Origin: an uncultured Prevotella sp.
GTDB lineage: Bacteria > Bacteroidota > Bacteroidia > Bacteroidales > Bacteroidaceae
DNA length: 64,000 nucleotides
Assembly: GCA_946415755.1 (NCBI GenBank)
Contig: CAMKTS010000002.1
Location: forward strand, 63,703-127,702
Reading direction: 5' to 3'
Numbering within the stretch: position 1 is the stretch's first letter; every line of letters begins with the position of its first letter. A model generated the notes under the pieces. It was not told the origin of the DNA and searched no databases. It saw only the letters and a list, made by a program, of their open reading frames with translations. Positions 1 through 9,522 of this stretch are shown here, piece by piece. Both the position numbers and the translations under genes were made by a program.

Positions 1-483
1 GTCGAAGAATAGCGAGGCATCGTGGAAGTGGCGCATGCGGTTGAGCAGCGTCCACTTCCCCTCGATGTCTTCCGTGGTATAGATATATGTGTCGCCCATG
101 GCTCCCTGTTCGTTGGCAGAGAAGAGCGCATAGAATTTTCCCTTGTGATATTGCAGCGAGGTAGCCCACTGGCCTCTGCCGTACACTGTTCCCTGCTGCA
201 GGTCGTAGCGTGGCGAGTCGGTCAGACGGTCGAAGATGTAGTTGACGGTCTCCCAGTTTTTCAGGTCTTTGGAACGCATGATGGGTGCTCCGGGCATCAG
301 GTGCATCGTTGTACTCACCATATAATAGGTATCGCCCACGCGTAGGATATCAGGATCGGGCACATCGGCCCACAGCATTGGATTCTCAATAAAAGCACCG
401 TCCGGGCTGCTGGAACGCTTTCCAGCAGCCACTGCGGTGACGAAAGAAACTACTAATGATATAACTAATAAAAATCTACACAT
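1..483 (-). CDS. Glycoside hydrolase family 43 (beta-xylosidase/arabinofuranosidase), runs off the window edge
   Basis: Not in the ORF track. Manual translation from ATG at 483 gives MCRFLLVISLVVSFVTAVAAG...NPMLWADVPDPDILRVGDTYYMVSTTMHLMPG...GQWATS...HDASLFFD: signal peptide plus GH43 PDP, WA and DxS motifs. Confidence 0.88.
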   Translation of the reverse strand, partial: MCRFLLVISLVVSFVTAVAAGKRSSSPDGAFIENPMLWADVPDPDILRVGDTYYMVSTTMHLMPGAPIMRSKDLKNWETVNYIFDRLTDSPRYDLQQGTVYGRGQWATSLQYHKGKFYALFSANEQGAMGDTYIYTTEDIEGKWTLLNRMRHFHDASLFFD

Positions 484-507
484 GTTCTCCTGTTGGTTTT
501 TCGCTTG

Positions 508-584
508 CAAAGTTATACTAAATTGACGGAACGGCCGTTATCGTATGTAACACGGACTTTATGTCATGTTCCAACGTGTGGAAA
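508..584 (-). promoter_or_regulatory. Bacteroidetes -7 promoter box plus a 21-bp-period tandem operator for the GH43 gene
   Basis: caaagtta 508-515 (TAACTTTG on minus); half-sites cgtatgtaac 542-551 and gtcatgttcc 563-572. The same half-sites recur at 5652-5682. Confidence 0.6.
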
Positions 585-608
585 GATGATAGAAAAGAGG
601 TGTGCAGG

Positions 609-2513
609 TTACAAAATGGGTAGTTCGATGATCATTTTGCAGCCTTCGTGGTACGTCGTGTCAAGCGTGAGGTCGCCGCCCAGGTTCTGACAGTGGCGCT
701 TGATGAGCGGCAACCCTAACCCCAGCCCTTCGGAGAGGTCGTTGGTCTTGGTGAATGGCACATACATGATATCCCGGTAGTCCTCGGCGATGCCGGGGCC
801 GGTGTCTTCGAATGTGAAGCGAACGGTGGTTGCCGTCTTCTCTGCTTTCAGCGATACGTGTTGCTTGTCGGAGTATTTCCCAGAGTTGTATAAGATTTCC
901 CGCAGGCTGCGGAGCAGGTACAGGTGGTTGGTCTTGATGCGGAAGTCATCATCCAAGGTCGTTTCAAACTTGACAGGCATGTCGGGGAATTGGCGTTGTA
1001 CATAGGCAATGCACTCGCGGGCAGCCTCGTTGCACGACACGACGCTGTCAAGGGTGAGCTGCTTGTAGCTTCCCGTCTCTGAGCTGTCGAACAGCATGAG
1101 TATCATGCGGTTCAGGGTGACGGTGTTCCGGTCTAGCATACCCGTGATATTGTCAACCTCCTCTTCCGGCAGCAGGTGAACATCGTCGCGCAGTATCTGC
1201 GAGAATCCCAGGATGATGTTCAGCGGGGTGCGTATCTGGTGGGTCACGTTCTGGATGAAGGTGGTCTTCCGCTCGTTGGCTTGCTCGGCCAGTCGGTTGG
1301 CCTCTTCCAGCTCCTTGTTGCGCTGTGCCGTCTCGGCATTCACCTGGCGGATATGGCTGATATGGCGTGCCAGCGACTCCTGCATGACGGCAAAACTGTT
1401 TTGCAGGCGTCCCACCTCGTCGGTGCGGCTGCTGTGGGCTATCTGTTGGTCGAAGTTGCCGGCGGCAATGCGCTGCGACTGCTTCACCAACAGGTACAGT
1501 GGCGTGATGGCATGTCTGACGGCCCGCTGGCAGAGCAGCAGGATCAGCAGCAGACCGATGACGAGCAGCGGACAGACGATGTATGCCAGGTGCCGGTAGT
1601 TGCGGAAGATGTCGCTCTCCGGACAGATGAGGGCTATGCTCCATTCGGTATTGGGTTGCCGCTGGTAGAACACGAGGCATTTCCGGCCGTTCACCGTCAC
1701 CCTCATGTTTCCTTTCGTACCCTCCGTCATCAGATGGCCCAGGGCAATGATGTCGGGATGGTCGTCGGGAGCCACATCGGTGAAGATGGTCTGTTGGAGA
1801 ATCTTATTGGCATCGGGGTGTACGAAGTAGTGGCCTTTCTGTCCCAGCATGATGAAGTAGGAGTTGGGGTAGGGCTTCTCGGCGGTGATGGCCTTGGAGA
1901 GGTGGCGCAGCGAGAGGTCGGTGGAGATGACTCCCGCGAAGCGGCCGTCGGGCAGCACCAGCGGCTTGCAGTACGAGGCTATCATCTCCGGGGTATACAG
2001 CGTTCCCGGATTGTAGTCGTTGAAGGGGTCTACCCAACAGGGCTTGCCGAGGGTGCGTGGTGTCTTGTACCACACCTTATTATAATAGTCGTACTCGCCC
2101 TCCCTGACGGTGGTGACATGGTCTCCCTCGCGGATGGAGTAGGCCGAGAAGTATTTTCCGCATTGTGGGAAGAAGTCGGGTTCCATGGTGATGGAGCAGC
2201 CGTTCACGTTGGGGTGTAGTTCCACGATGCGGTGGGTGAAAGCCAGCAGGGAGTCTGGCTGTAGGTTTTCCAGCACGATCCATTCGATGTTGTCGGTGGC
2301 TGTCTCGATTTCCTCGAGAAAACTGGTGATGCGCAGCGAGGCAGTATGCAGCGTGTTGGTGGCACGTTGTACGGCATCGGTATGTACCATGCGTCGCGAC
2401 ACGATGAACAGCATGCCTAACGACACGATGAAGATGACCACGGCCAGCGTCAGCATTCCGAGGCCCAGCTTCATGGCGAGCGACTGCTTGATATGTTTCA
2501 TCACACCCTTCAT
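609..2513 (-). CDS. Membrane sensor histidine kinase (Cache, HAMP, HisKA, HATPase)
   Basis: Two TM segments; Cache motifs WY..P..W.DP; HAMP DEVGRLQNSF; H-box THQIRTPLN; G1 DTGPGI; G2 GLGLGL. Confidence 0.9.
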   Translation of the reverse strand: MKGVMKHIKQSLAMKLGLGMLTLAVVIFIVSLGMLFIVSRRMVHTDAVQRATNTLHTASLRITSFLEEIETATDNIEWIVLENLQPDSLLAFTHRIVELHPNVNGCSITMEPDFFPQCGKYFSAYSIREGDHVTTVREGEYDYYNKVWYKTPRTLGKPCWVDPFNDYNPGTLYTPEMIASYCKPLVLPDGRFAGVISTDLSLRHLSKAITAEKPYPNSYFIMLGQKGHYFVHPDANKILQQTIFTDVAPDDHPDIIALGHLMTEGTKGNMRVTVNGRKCLVFYQRQPNTEWSIALICPESDIFRNYRHLAYIVCPLLVIGLLLILLLCQRAVRHAITPLYLLVKQSQRIAAGNFDQQIAHSSRTDEVGRLQNSFAVMQESLARHISHIRQVNAETAQRNKELEEANRLAEQANERKTTFIQNVTHQIRTPLNIILGFSQILRDDVHLLPEEEVDNITGMLDRNTVTLNRMILMLFDSSETGSYKQLTLDSVVSCNEAARECIAYVQRQFPDMPVKFETTLDDDFRIKTNHLYLLRSLREILYNSGKYSDKQHVSLKAEKTATTVRFTFEDTGPGIAEDYRDIMYVPFTKTNDLSEGLGLGLPLIKRHCQNLGGDLTLDTTYHEGCKMIIELPIL

Positions 2514-2517
2514 CTTC

Positions 2518-4023
2518 CTATTCCCTGTCTCCTATCTCGTAAATCATCTCTTCTTCATTGCCCTGGGCCTGCTCCAGCAGACGACTGAGCAGTCCTGTCA
2601 TCGTCTCGCTGTTAGAATGGATGTCATCCACCAGCCGTTTGGACTCTTCGGGACTGAGGTCGCGGCATTGTTCGCGCAACAGCCGCACATCGTCGCAGAT
2701 GTTGCTGACGGGGGCTATCATCTGGTCGGTCATATAGTGCAGGAACGACACCTTGATATGGTCGGCCTCCTTGGTCTTCTCGTAGGTGGCGTGCAGCATG
2801 TCGCCCTGTCTCTTCAGGGCTTCCGACAGTCGGGCATTCTCGCTGACGTAGGCAGCCAGCGACTGCTGCATCTGTCGGAAGTTGTCCTGCAGGCGGCCTA
2901 TCTCGTCCTGCTGTCTGCTGTCGGGAACAATCTCGTCGTAGTGCCCGTCGGCAATGCGTGTGGCCGATTGTGTCAGCAGTTGCAGGGGCATCAGTTGCCG
3001 ACGGGTAAAGAACCAGCAGAGCAGCAGCAGGATGATGAAGCCGCCGATGGCTATGGCCAGCACGTAGGCCAACAGCCGGTCGTAGTCGCCGGAGATGTCG
3101 TCCTTGGGAAGGATGATGCCTGCGCTCCAGCCCTGTTTCTTGAAGGGCTTGTAGAATACGGAGTAGTCCTTTCCCTTCATGCGGAAGAATTTGTAGTCGC
3201 TCTCTCCGTTCACCATGGCCTGTGCGGCTTCCTTGACGGTGGGGTCGGTGGTTCCTTCCTTGATTTGGGTGAATACGTCTTGGTGGAACAGCTTGGTGCT
3301 GTCGGGGTGGACGATGAAAGTACCGTTTCTGCCCAGCAGCGTGCAGTAGCTGTTGGGAGACGACTTCGCCGCGAGGATGGTGGCCGACAGCCATTTCAGC
3401 GACAGGTCTACCCCGATAACCCCTACCACTTTCCCCTTCCCGTCGTGGATGGGCAGACAGTACGAGGTAATGGGGTCGCCGCTGCTGTCATCGTCTTTCA
3501 AGGGGTCTGTCCAGTAGGCATCATCTGCCTTGACGGGGGTGGTATACCAGTCTTGCTCGGTGTAGGGGGAGTTGCCGAAGACGTTGGCCTGGATGACAGG
3601 ACGGTTTCCAGCCGTAAGGCTGTCGGAGGCCGGGTGGTAGGAATAGGCCATGAAATATTCTCCCCGTTCCGGATAGAAGAACGGCTCGAAGGCAATGGCG
3701 CATCCTGTGATATTGGGATTGGTCTCCAGCATCTTCCTGCTGAAGGTGAACATCCGGTCGGGATCGTCCAGGTGGTGTTCTACGTTCCATTGCATCTGGC
3801 GGGTAGCCAGCTCCACCTCATGCAGGGTGTTGTCGATGTGCTGCATGGTACCGCTCAAGGTCTGTACGGCACTGTGCAGTCCCTCGTCTTTCACGGCTCT
3901 CCACGAATAGTGGAGCATGACAAGCAGGGCAGCCGTAAACAGGATGGCTACCAGTGAAACCACCACAAGGCTCAGACGTACCGACAGGGTGTTCGGGATG
4001 TAATGGTTTAGGTTTCGCAGCAT
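2518..4023 (-). CDS. Cache-HAMP sensor with degenerate HisKA and no ATPase domain (pseudo-kinase)
   Basis: Paralog of 609..2513; H-box equivalent reads FLHYMTDQMIAP; ends soon after the DHp helices. Start moved to ATG 4023 because the TTG at 4035 lies inside the -7 promoter box (caaaggta 4033-4040). Confidence 0.8.
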   Translation of the reverse strand: MLRNLNHYIPNTLSVRLSLVVVSLVAILFTAALLVMLHYSWRAVKDEGLHSAVQTLSGTMQHIDNTLHEVELATRQMQWNVEHHLDDPDRMFTFSRKMLETNPNITGCAIAFEPFFYPERGEYFMAYSYHPASDSLTAGNRPVIQANVFGNSPYTEQDWYTTPVKADDAYWTDPLKDDDSSGDPITSYCLPIHDGKGKVVGVIGVDLSLKWLSATILAAKSSPNSYCTLLGRNGTFIVHPDSTKLFHQDVFTQIKEGTTDPTVKEAAQAMVNGESDYKFFRMKGKDYSVFYKPFKKQGWSAGIILPKDDISGDYDRLLAYVLAIAIGGFIILLLLCWFFTRRQLMPLQLLTQSATRIADGHYDEIVPDSRQQDEIGRLQDNFRQMQQSLAAYVSENARLSEALKRQGDMLHATYEKTKEADHIKVSFLHYMTDQMIAPVSNICDDVRLLREQCRDLSPEESKRLVDDIHSNSETMTGLLSRLLEQAQGNEEEMIYEIGDRE

Positions 4024-4097
4024 ATTCTGCTGCAAAGGTACGAAAAAAAAACTTTTTTTTCCTTATTCTATAGTAACAAATTCTTTATCTAATGTAA

Positions 4098-5507
4098 TCA
4101 GTTCCTGAACTGCCACCAGTCAATGTTGAAGAGTTTCGGACCTTTGCGACCCGTGAAGACGAGATAGACATCATGCACCGGCTCTTGCAACACTGGTAGG
4201 GAATGGTCGGGGGCGATGCTCACGGCACGTGTCTCCCATTCTTCCCAGCCTCCTGTGGCCGATACCTCTAAACGGCATAGCATCGGACCGCCGATACTGT
4301 CGATGTGTACCTCGATTTCTCCGCCGCGCCTGCCGGTGGCCACCCTGGCCTCAAAGCTGAGGGGCTGTACGCCACTGAAGTCCACGCTCTGCAGCTTGAT
4401 ATAGTCTCCGTTGTGGATATCGGTCACGTAGACACCCACGGTGTTGTTCTGTTCTGTCTTCACTCCCTTCGAGAAGGCCATGGTCTCTGCCTCCACACGG
4501 CCATATGGGTCTAACGTGCCAATGGGGGCCACCCCCTTGTCGGTGGGAGTGATAAGGGGGAATCCGCCGTCGGCCGTATATTCAAACTCCTCTACCGCCA
4601 CGCTACGGCCGAAGCCGCCGCCCTGTGGCAGCTTGCCGGTGTGGTAGAAGAAGTAGGAGTGGCCCTTGTAGTCGGCCACGCCGCAGTGGTTGGTAAACGA
4701 CTTCGTGTCGCTCAGCGGCATGATTTCTCCGGCGTATGTCCAGGGGCCTGTGGGGTGGGGTGCCGTCGAGTAAGCGATATGTTCTGGCACACCGCCGGCG
4801 GCATACAGCAGGAGGTAGCCCTTGTCTTTTTTCTTTCCGATGCGGTTCTTCATCAGCCACGGTCCTTCGGTGTAGCAGTCCTTGTAGACCTTTCCCTCTT
4901 CGCGCTCGTTCATCGCTGGCGCGCCGAAGGCCTGCTCCGTCATGGGGAGCATGCCCACCTCTCCTTCGTACGACACCATGTCGCGGTTCAGCTTCAGGTA
5001 GTACACCCGTGGGTTGCCCCACATCAGCCAGGCCTGTCCGTCATCGTCGATCATAACCGTGGGGTCGATGTGGTCCCACGACCCGCTGGTGTACAGCGGT
5101 TCACCCAGGGCATCGCGGAACGGTCCCGTCGGTGTGTCGCCCACGGCAACGCCGATGGCCATTCCCCCGCTCTCCTTGCAGTGGGCGCAGATATACCAGT
5201 AGAACCTGCCGTCGCGCTCGATGCACTGTGCTGCCCAGGCACGGTCGTCCGCCCAGGCAAAGTCTTCTAAGGCCAATGGCGAGCCGTGGTCTGTCCAGTT
5301 CACCATGTCCTGTGTGGAGTAGACGCGCCACTCCTGCATCCAGAAGAAGTCTGCTGCGTCCTCATCGTGTCCGGTATATACATACATCGTTCCGTCATGC
5401 ACCATCGGTGCCGGGTCGGAAGTGAAACAGGTCTGTACAAAGGGGTTCTGTGCCTTTGCCGTCATGGCCAGACACAGAACCGCTGCAAATATGAATGATT
5501 TTTTCAT
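4098..5507 (-). CDS. GH43 arabinoxylan arabinofuranohydrolase/xylosidase with C-terminal CBM6
   Basis: Signal peptide MKKSFIFAAVLCLAMTAKA; TSDPAPMV, WAAQC, IDPTV, TEGPW; CBM6-like tail VEAET...TGGWEEW...FNIDWWQF. True start set at 5507. Confidence 0.9.
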   Translation of the reverse strand: MKKSFIFAAVLCLAMTAKAQNPFVQTCFTSDPAPMVHDGTMYVYTGHDEDAADFFWMQEWRVYSTQDMVNWTDHGSPLALEDFAWADDRAWAAQCIERDGRFYWYICAHCKESGGMAIGVAVGDTPTGPFRDALGEPLYTSGSWDHIDPTVMIDDDGQAWLMWGNPRVYYLKLNRDMVSYEGEVGMLPMTEQAFGAPAMNEREEGKVYKDCYTEGPWLMKNRIGKKKDKGYLLLYAAGGVPEHIAYSTAPHPTGPWTYAGEIMPLSDTKSFTNHCGVADYKGHSYFFYHTGKLPQGGGFGRSVAVEEFEYTADGGFPLITPTDKGVAPIGTLDPYGRVEAETMAFSKGVKTEQNNTVGVYVTDIHNGDYIKLQSVDFSGVQPLSFEARVATGRRGGEIEVHIDSIGGPMLCRLEVSATGGWEEWETRAVSIAPDHSLPVLQEPVHDVYLVFTGRKGPKLFNIDWWQFRN

Positions 5508-5617
5508 GACTTCTCCCTTTTTCTTTCTCTTGTGAAGCCCCGAAGCCTCGTTGGGAGTGCTTCGGGACATACAGAATGAATAGTGATAATAATTGGTTGT
5601 TGGTGTAATTCTGGCTG

Positions 5618-5693
5618 CAAAGGTACAAAAGAAATCAGGAACATGCTTTCTGTCATGTTCCTGATTTCTTTGCGTATGTAACATGTGTGGAAA
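5618..5693 (-). promoter_or_regulatory. -7 promoter box and 21-bp-period operator for GH43-CBM6
   Basis: caaaggta 5618-5625; half-sites gtcatgttcc 5652-5661 and cgtatgtaac 5673-5682; same spacing to the -7 box as at 508-572. Confidence 0.6.
5628..5671 (-). terminator. 18-bp perfect inverted repeat, probable serB terminator overlapping the downstream promoter
   Basis: aaagaaatcaggaacatg / catgttcctgatttcttt with an 8-nt loop, ~40 nt after the serB stop. Confidence 0.55.
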
Positions 5694-5712
5694 AACCCAT
5701 GAAAAGTAGGGT

Positions 5713-6942
5713 TTATAGCTTCCCCTGCTCTCCCAGATAAGAGTCCTTGAAGCCCAGGAAGTAGAGCACGCCGTCCAGTCCGATGGTGTTGATGCTCTGC
5801 TTGGCATTGGCCACGACGCGCGGCTTGGCGTGGAAGGCGATGCCCAGACCGGCCTGCGAGATCATCGGCAGGTCGTTGGCACCGTCGCCCACGGCGATGG
5901 TCTGTGCGAGGTTTACCTTCTCCACCTGTGCGATGAGCTTCAGCAGCTCGGCCTTGCGGTGGCCGTCGACAATCTCGCCGACGTAGCGGCCCGTCAGCTT
6001 GCCGTCATCGCCAATCTCCAGCTCGTTGGCATAGACATAGTCGATGCCGTACTTGCGCTGCAGGTACTCACCAAAGTAGGTGAAGCCGCCGCTGAGGATG
6101 GCAATCTTGTAGCCGCAGGTCTTGAGGATGTTCATCAGCCGGTCGACACCCTCGGTGATGGGCAGGTGCTCGGCAATGTCCTGCATGACGCTGACATCCA
6201 GACCCTTGAGCAGGCTGACACGGCGGGTAAAGCTCTCCTTGAAGTCTATCTCGCCGCGCATGGCACTCTCGGTGATGGCCCTTACCTCGGCACCCACGCC
6301 GTTGCGCTCGGCCAGCTCGTCGATGCACTCCGTCTGGATGAGTGTCGAGTCCATATCGAAGCAGATGAGGCGGCGCATGCGCCGGAACATGTCATCGCGC
6401 TGGAACGAGAAGTCGATGCCCAGTTCTGATGACATCCGCATCAGCTTCTCCTGCATCTCCTGACGGTTGGCAGGCTCGCCGCGCAGCGACAACTGGATGC
6501 AGGCACGCGTGTGCTTGTCCAGTTGCTTGATGCTCTTTCGCCCCGTCAGGCGCAGGATGCTGTCGATGTTCAGCCCCTGGTCGGCAATGATGCTGGTGGC
6601 GGCAGCTATCTGGCTGGCTTCCAGCTGTCGCCCCATCACCATGAGGATGTAGCGGTTCTTGCCTTGATGGCCCACCCAGTCTTCGTACTCATCGTCGGTG
6701 ATGGGCGAGAAGCCGATGTTCACGCCCAGTTCGGTGGCCTTGAACAGCAGTTCCTTCATGGCCAGTCCCGACTTCATGTCGTCCATGCGGATCAGGATGC
6801 CCAGCGACAGCGTGCTATGGATGTCGGCTTGGCCGATGTCGAGTATCTGTGCGTCGTACTTGGCCAGGATGCCCATGACGGCAGCAGTCAGTCCTGGCCG
6901 GTCCTGGCCTGTGATGCGAACCAATATCTGTTCTTCTTTCAT
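5713..6942 (-). CDS. serB: Phosphoserine phosphatase with two N-terminal ACT domains
   Basis: ACT motif GQDRPGL; HAD motif FDMDSTLIQTECIDEL; SGGF; VGDGANDL. Alternative start at 6951. Confidence 0.95.
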   Translation of the reverse strand: MKEEQILVRITGQDRPGLTAAVMGILAKYDAQILDIGQADIHSTLSLGILIRMDDMKSGLAMKELLFKATELGVNIGFSPITDDEYEDWVGHQGKNRYILMVMGRQLEASQIAAATSIIADQGLNIDSILRLTGRKSIKQLDKHTRACIQLSLRGEPANRQEMQEKLMRMSSELGIDFSFQRDDMFRRMRRLICFDMDSTLIQTECIDELAERNGVGAEVRAITESAMRGEIDFKESFTRRVSLLKGLDVSVMQDIAEHLPITEGVDRLMNILKTCGYKIAILSGGFTYFGEYLQRKYGIDYVYANELEIGDDGKLTGRYVGEIVDGHRKAELLKLIAQVEKVNLAQTIAVGDGANDLPMISQAGLGIAFHAKPRVVANAKQSINTIGLDGVLYFLGFKDSYLGEQGKL

Positions 6943-6971
6943 GACAATCACCTCGTCAGCCTCTGCCGCTC

Positions 6972-9377
6972 TTACTTTTTGTTGAGAATGATGTTAACCA
7001 GTGCCACGATGTCGGCTACGTCAACCTGGCCGTCACCGTTAATATCGGCAGCCGCCGCATTGAAGTCCTTGTCAGGATTCTCAAGGATATAGTTCACGAT
7101 GGCTACAACGTCGGCCACGTCTGTCTCGCCGTCACCGTTGGCATCGCCGGATTCGGTACCAGCCTTCTGAATGGCCATCACGGTGGAATTGAAAATCTTC
7201 AGGTTGCCGTCAGCGGCTAAGTTGCCAACCAGCGTAACATAGTCGCCGATTTCAATGCCGAGATCCTTCGGGAGCTCTTGAACAAATATGACATCGTCGC
7301 CTTGCTTGACTTCGATATTTATCCAGCTGGGAAGTTCTGCCATCCAAGAGACCTGGGCTTTCACAATCATGATCAGCTTACCCTGTTTGCAGTTGACGAT
7401 TCCCTTCAACCAGTCTTGCTGGATTTCGGTAGTGGTCATCACCTCGGGCTCGGGAATGGTATATCCGGTGCCGATAACGGTGATTTCTGGATAATCTATC
7501 CGATAGTTGCTTTTCCACATCGTCGTTTTTCCCGTCACAGTGATGAGGTTGCCGGGCTTCATCTGTTCGGCTATATCACTCGAACCATAGACACAGATGG
7601 CAGCGGTAGCATCCTGGATGAAAGCGGTGGCCTTTGTACCACTTACGGTACAGCTGGTGACAATACCCTTGGTGGTCACCATAGAACCATTTGCTGCTGC
7701 ACGTGTTGCAAGAATCGTCGGAACATCGGGACCTAAGTCTTTTTGGACGAATGTCTCGCTCATGATATTGCTCGTGAGCATACCATCCTTGTAGGCTTTC
7801 GCCTTCACGTAAGTTGTCGAAGTAATGGTGAAGGGACCTGTGTAGGGCTGGTAGTCGGTATAGGTTTCACCATCAGCGGAGGTGCAGTACAGAATCGTGG
7901 CACCTTCCGTCTCACAGGTAATGGTAATCTCTGAGGAAAACTCGAAATTGGTCTCGCCGCTGATGTAACAATTTTTGACTCTGTTGACATTGGTAGCATC
8001 TTCGGGAATGCCTTCGAAGATGTTCGCAAAGTCTCTCCATCCTTGGCGTGCCTGATAAAGTCCGATGGTGCCGACGGGAACGAACAGCGTTGCCTCGTCG
8101 AAAACATCTTCATAGAATGAAGGAAAATAATGCCATATATCTTCAGGATTATCTTTACCAGGGATGTTGATAGGATTACTGCTGAGTGATACGACTGTGG
8201 TCAGATTCCTACATTCATTGAAAACATGTCCGTCAACTAATGTCAAGCCACTGCCAATGACAACAGAGGTAAGATTTGAGATAGCGCTGAAAGCTGCATA
8301 GCCTATATACTGTACGCTGTTGGGGATGACGAGTGAAAACAAACGGGTACCACGGAACGCATTCCCCTCTATCCTTGTTACTCCGTCGGGAATGGTGAAG
8401 GACTCAAAGCCACAGTTCGTGAAGGCGCTTGAGCCGATTATCTTCAAGCCATCGGGAAGAACAATGTTTTTAAGGGCGGTACAACCTTCAAACATTTCAT
8501 ATGGAACCTTGGTCATCGTGGTGGGCAAAGTTGCATGCGCAAGGGACTCGCAGCCATAGAAAGCCTGCTTGCCTATCTTCTTCAAACTTTCGGGTAACAC
8601 GATATTCTTAAGATTCCAACATTGAAAGAAGGCCCCATAACCAAGGCTGTCCAACCCCTCATTCAGGGTGATGCTTTCCATCTCGGTACACCATGTGAAA
8701 GCACCGTAATCAATGGTCTTGACGCTACTCGGAATAGTGAGGGAGGTAACTGAGCAATTTTGAAAAGCATTTGCTTCGATGGCCTTCACTGTCTCGGGGA
8801 TGGTAATCGTCTGTTTATCAATACCTCTGAATGCCTCTTTACCGATAATTTCCACACCATTCGGAATCGTGCTGTACTTGGCAGCAGCAATAATTTTGTT
8901 GGTCTTCGTCTCAATGATGGCATGACAGTTGTTGCGGGAATCATACGTCTCGTTTTCAGGATCCACCTCAATGCGGTTCAGACTCTCGCAATCCAAGAAA
9001 ACATTTTCTCCGATATGATTAACGCTCTTAGGAATGGTAATAGACGATAGGTCATGACATTCATAAAAGGCAAGGTCACCTATTGACAACAGCGTGTTTG
9101 GCAAGGAAATGCTCGAAATGCGCTTGCGGTGGAAAGCATAATCTGCAATTGCAGTCACCGTATATTCTACTTCATCAACTGTAAAGGTTGATGCAATAGT
9201 AAAAGTAAGCCCTTCATAATCATCATACGCTAAACCTACTGCAGTGGCTTCATGGATCTCGGTGTTCAACAGATACCTGATGTGATTATAATTGTAATAC
9301 TCGGTTTGCGCAAAAGCGCTGATTCCCGTCATGCACAGCAGCATGGTGAGGACAATGGAAAGGATTTTTGTGTTCAT
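6972..9377 (-). CDS. Secreted BspA-type leucine-rich-repeat protein with FN3-associated and OB-like domains and a C-terminal dockerin
   Basis: Signal peptide; many LxxIxIPxSVxxIGxxAF repeats; GATILYCT...YTGPFTITSTTYVKAKA; duplicated dockerin loops GDANGDGETDVAD / ADINGDGQVDVAD. Confidence 0.85.
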   Translation of the reverse strand: MNTKILSIVLTMLLCMTGISAFAQTEYYNYNHIRYLLNTEIHEATAVGLAYDDYEGLTFTIASTFTVDEVEYTVTAIADYAFHRKRISSISLPNTLLSIGDLAFYECHDLSSITIPKSVNHIGENVFLDCESLNRIEVDPENETYDSRNNCHAIIETKTNKIIAAAKYSTIPNGVEIIGKEAFRGIDKQTITIPETVKAIEANAFQNCSVTSLTIPSSVKTIDYGAFTWCTEMESITLNEGLDSLGYGAFFQCWNLKNIVLPESLKKIGKQAFYGCESLAHATLPTTMTKVPYEMFEGCTALKNIVLPDGLKIIGSSAFTNCGFESFTIPDGVTRIEGNAFRGTRLFSLVIPNSVQYIGYAAFSAISNLTSVVIGSGLTLVDGHVFNECRNLTTVVSLSSNPINIPGKDNPEDIWHYFPSFYEDVFDEATLFVPVGTIGLYQARQGWRDFANIFEGIPEDATNVNRVKNCYISGETNFEFSSEITITCETEGATILYCTSADGETYTDYQPYTGPFTITSTTYVKAKAYKDGMLTSNIMSETFVQKDLGPDVPTILATRAAANGSMVTTKGIVTSCTVSGTKATAFIQDATAAICVYGSSDIAEQMKPGNLITVTGKTTMWKSNYRIDYPEITVIGTGYTIPEPEVMTTTEIQQDWLKGIVNCKQGKLIMIVKAQVSWMAELPSWINIEVKQGDDVIFVQELPKDLGIEIGDYVTLVGNLAADGNLKIFNSTVMAIQKAGTESGDANGDGETDVADVVAIVNYILENPDKDFNAAAADINGDGQVDVADIVALVNIILNKK

Positions 9378-9522
9378 ATTGATAGTTTTTGGTTTATTAT
9401 TTTTGCAAATTTAGGAAAAAAAAGAAAACAAAGCAGCGAATTTAACGGTTTTTTACGATTTTTTCACAGTTAAAGGACTGCTGGTAGCTAATCAGCACTC
9501 TTAAGATGTGTACATTATTTTG

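Noticed and set aside
1176-3957. Long plus-strand ORFs (347 and 590 aa) and many similar ORFs elsewhere
   Set aside because: Antisense shadows of GC3-rich real genes, with no motifs.
5508-5807. N-terminal extensions in the ORF track (GH43-CBM6, S9 peptidase to 12400, DUF5686 from 16499, hemW from 56991)
   Set aside because: They run through promoters or upstream genes; signal peptides or conserved N-termini mark later starts.
6972-7150. Dockerin as evidence of a cellulosome
   Set aside because: No cohesin or scaffoldin in the window, and the carrier protein is not a CAZyme.
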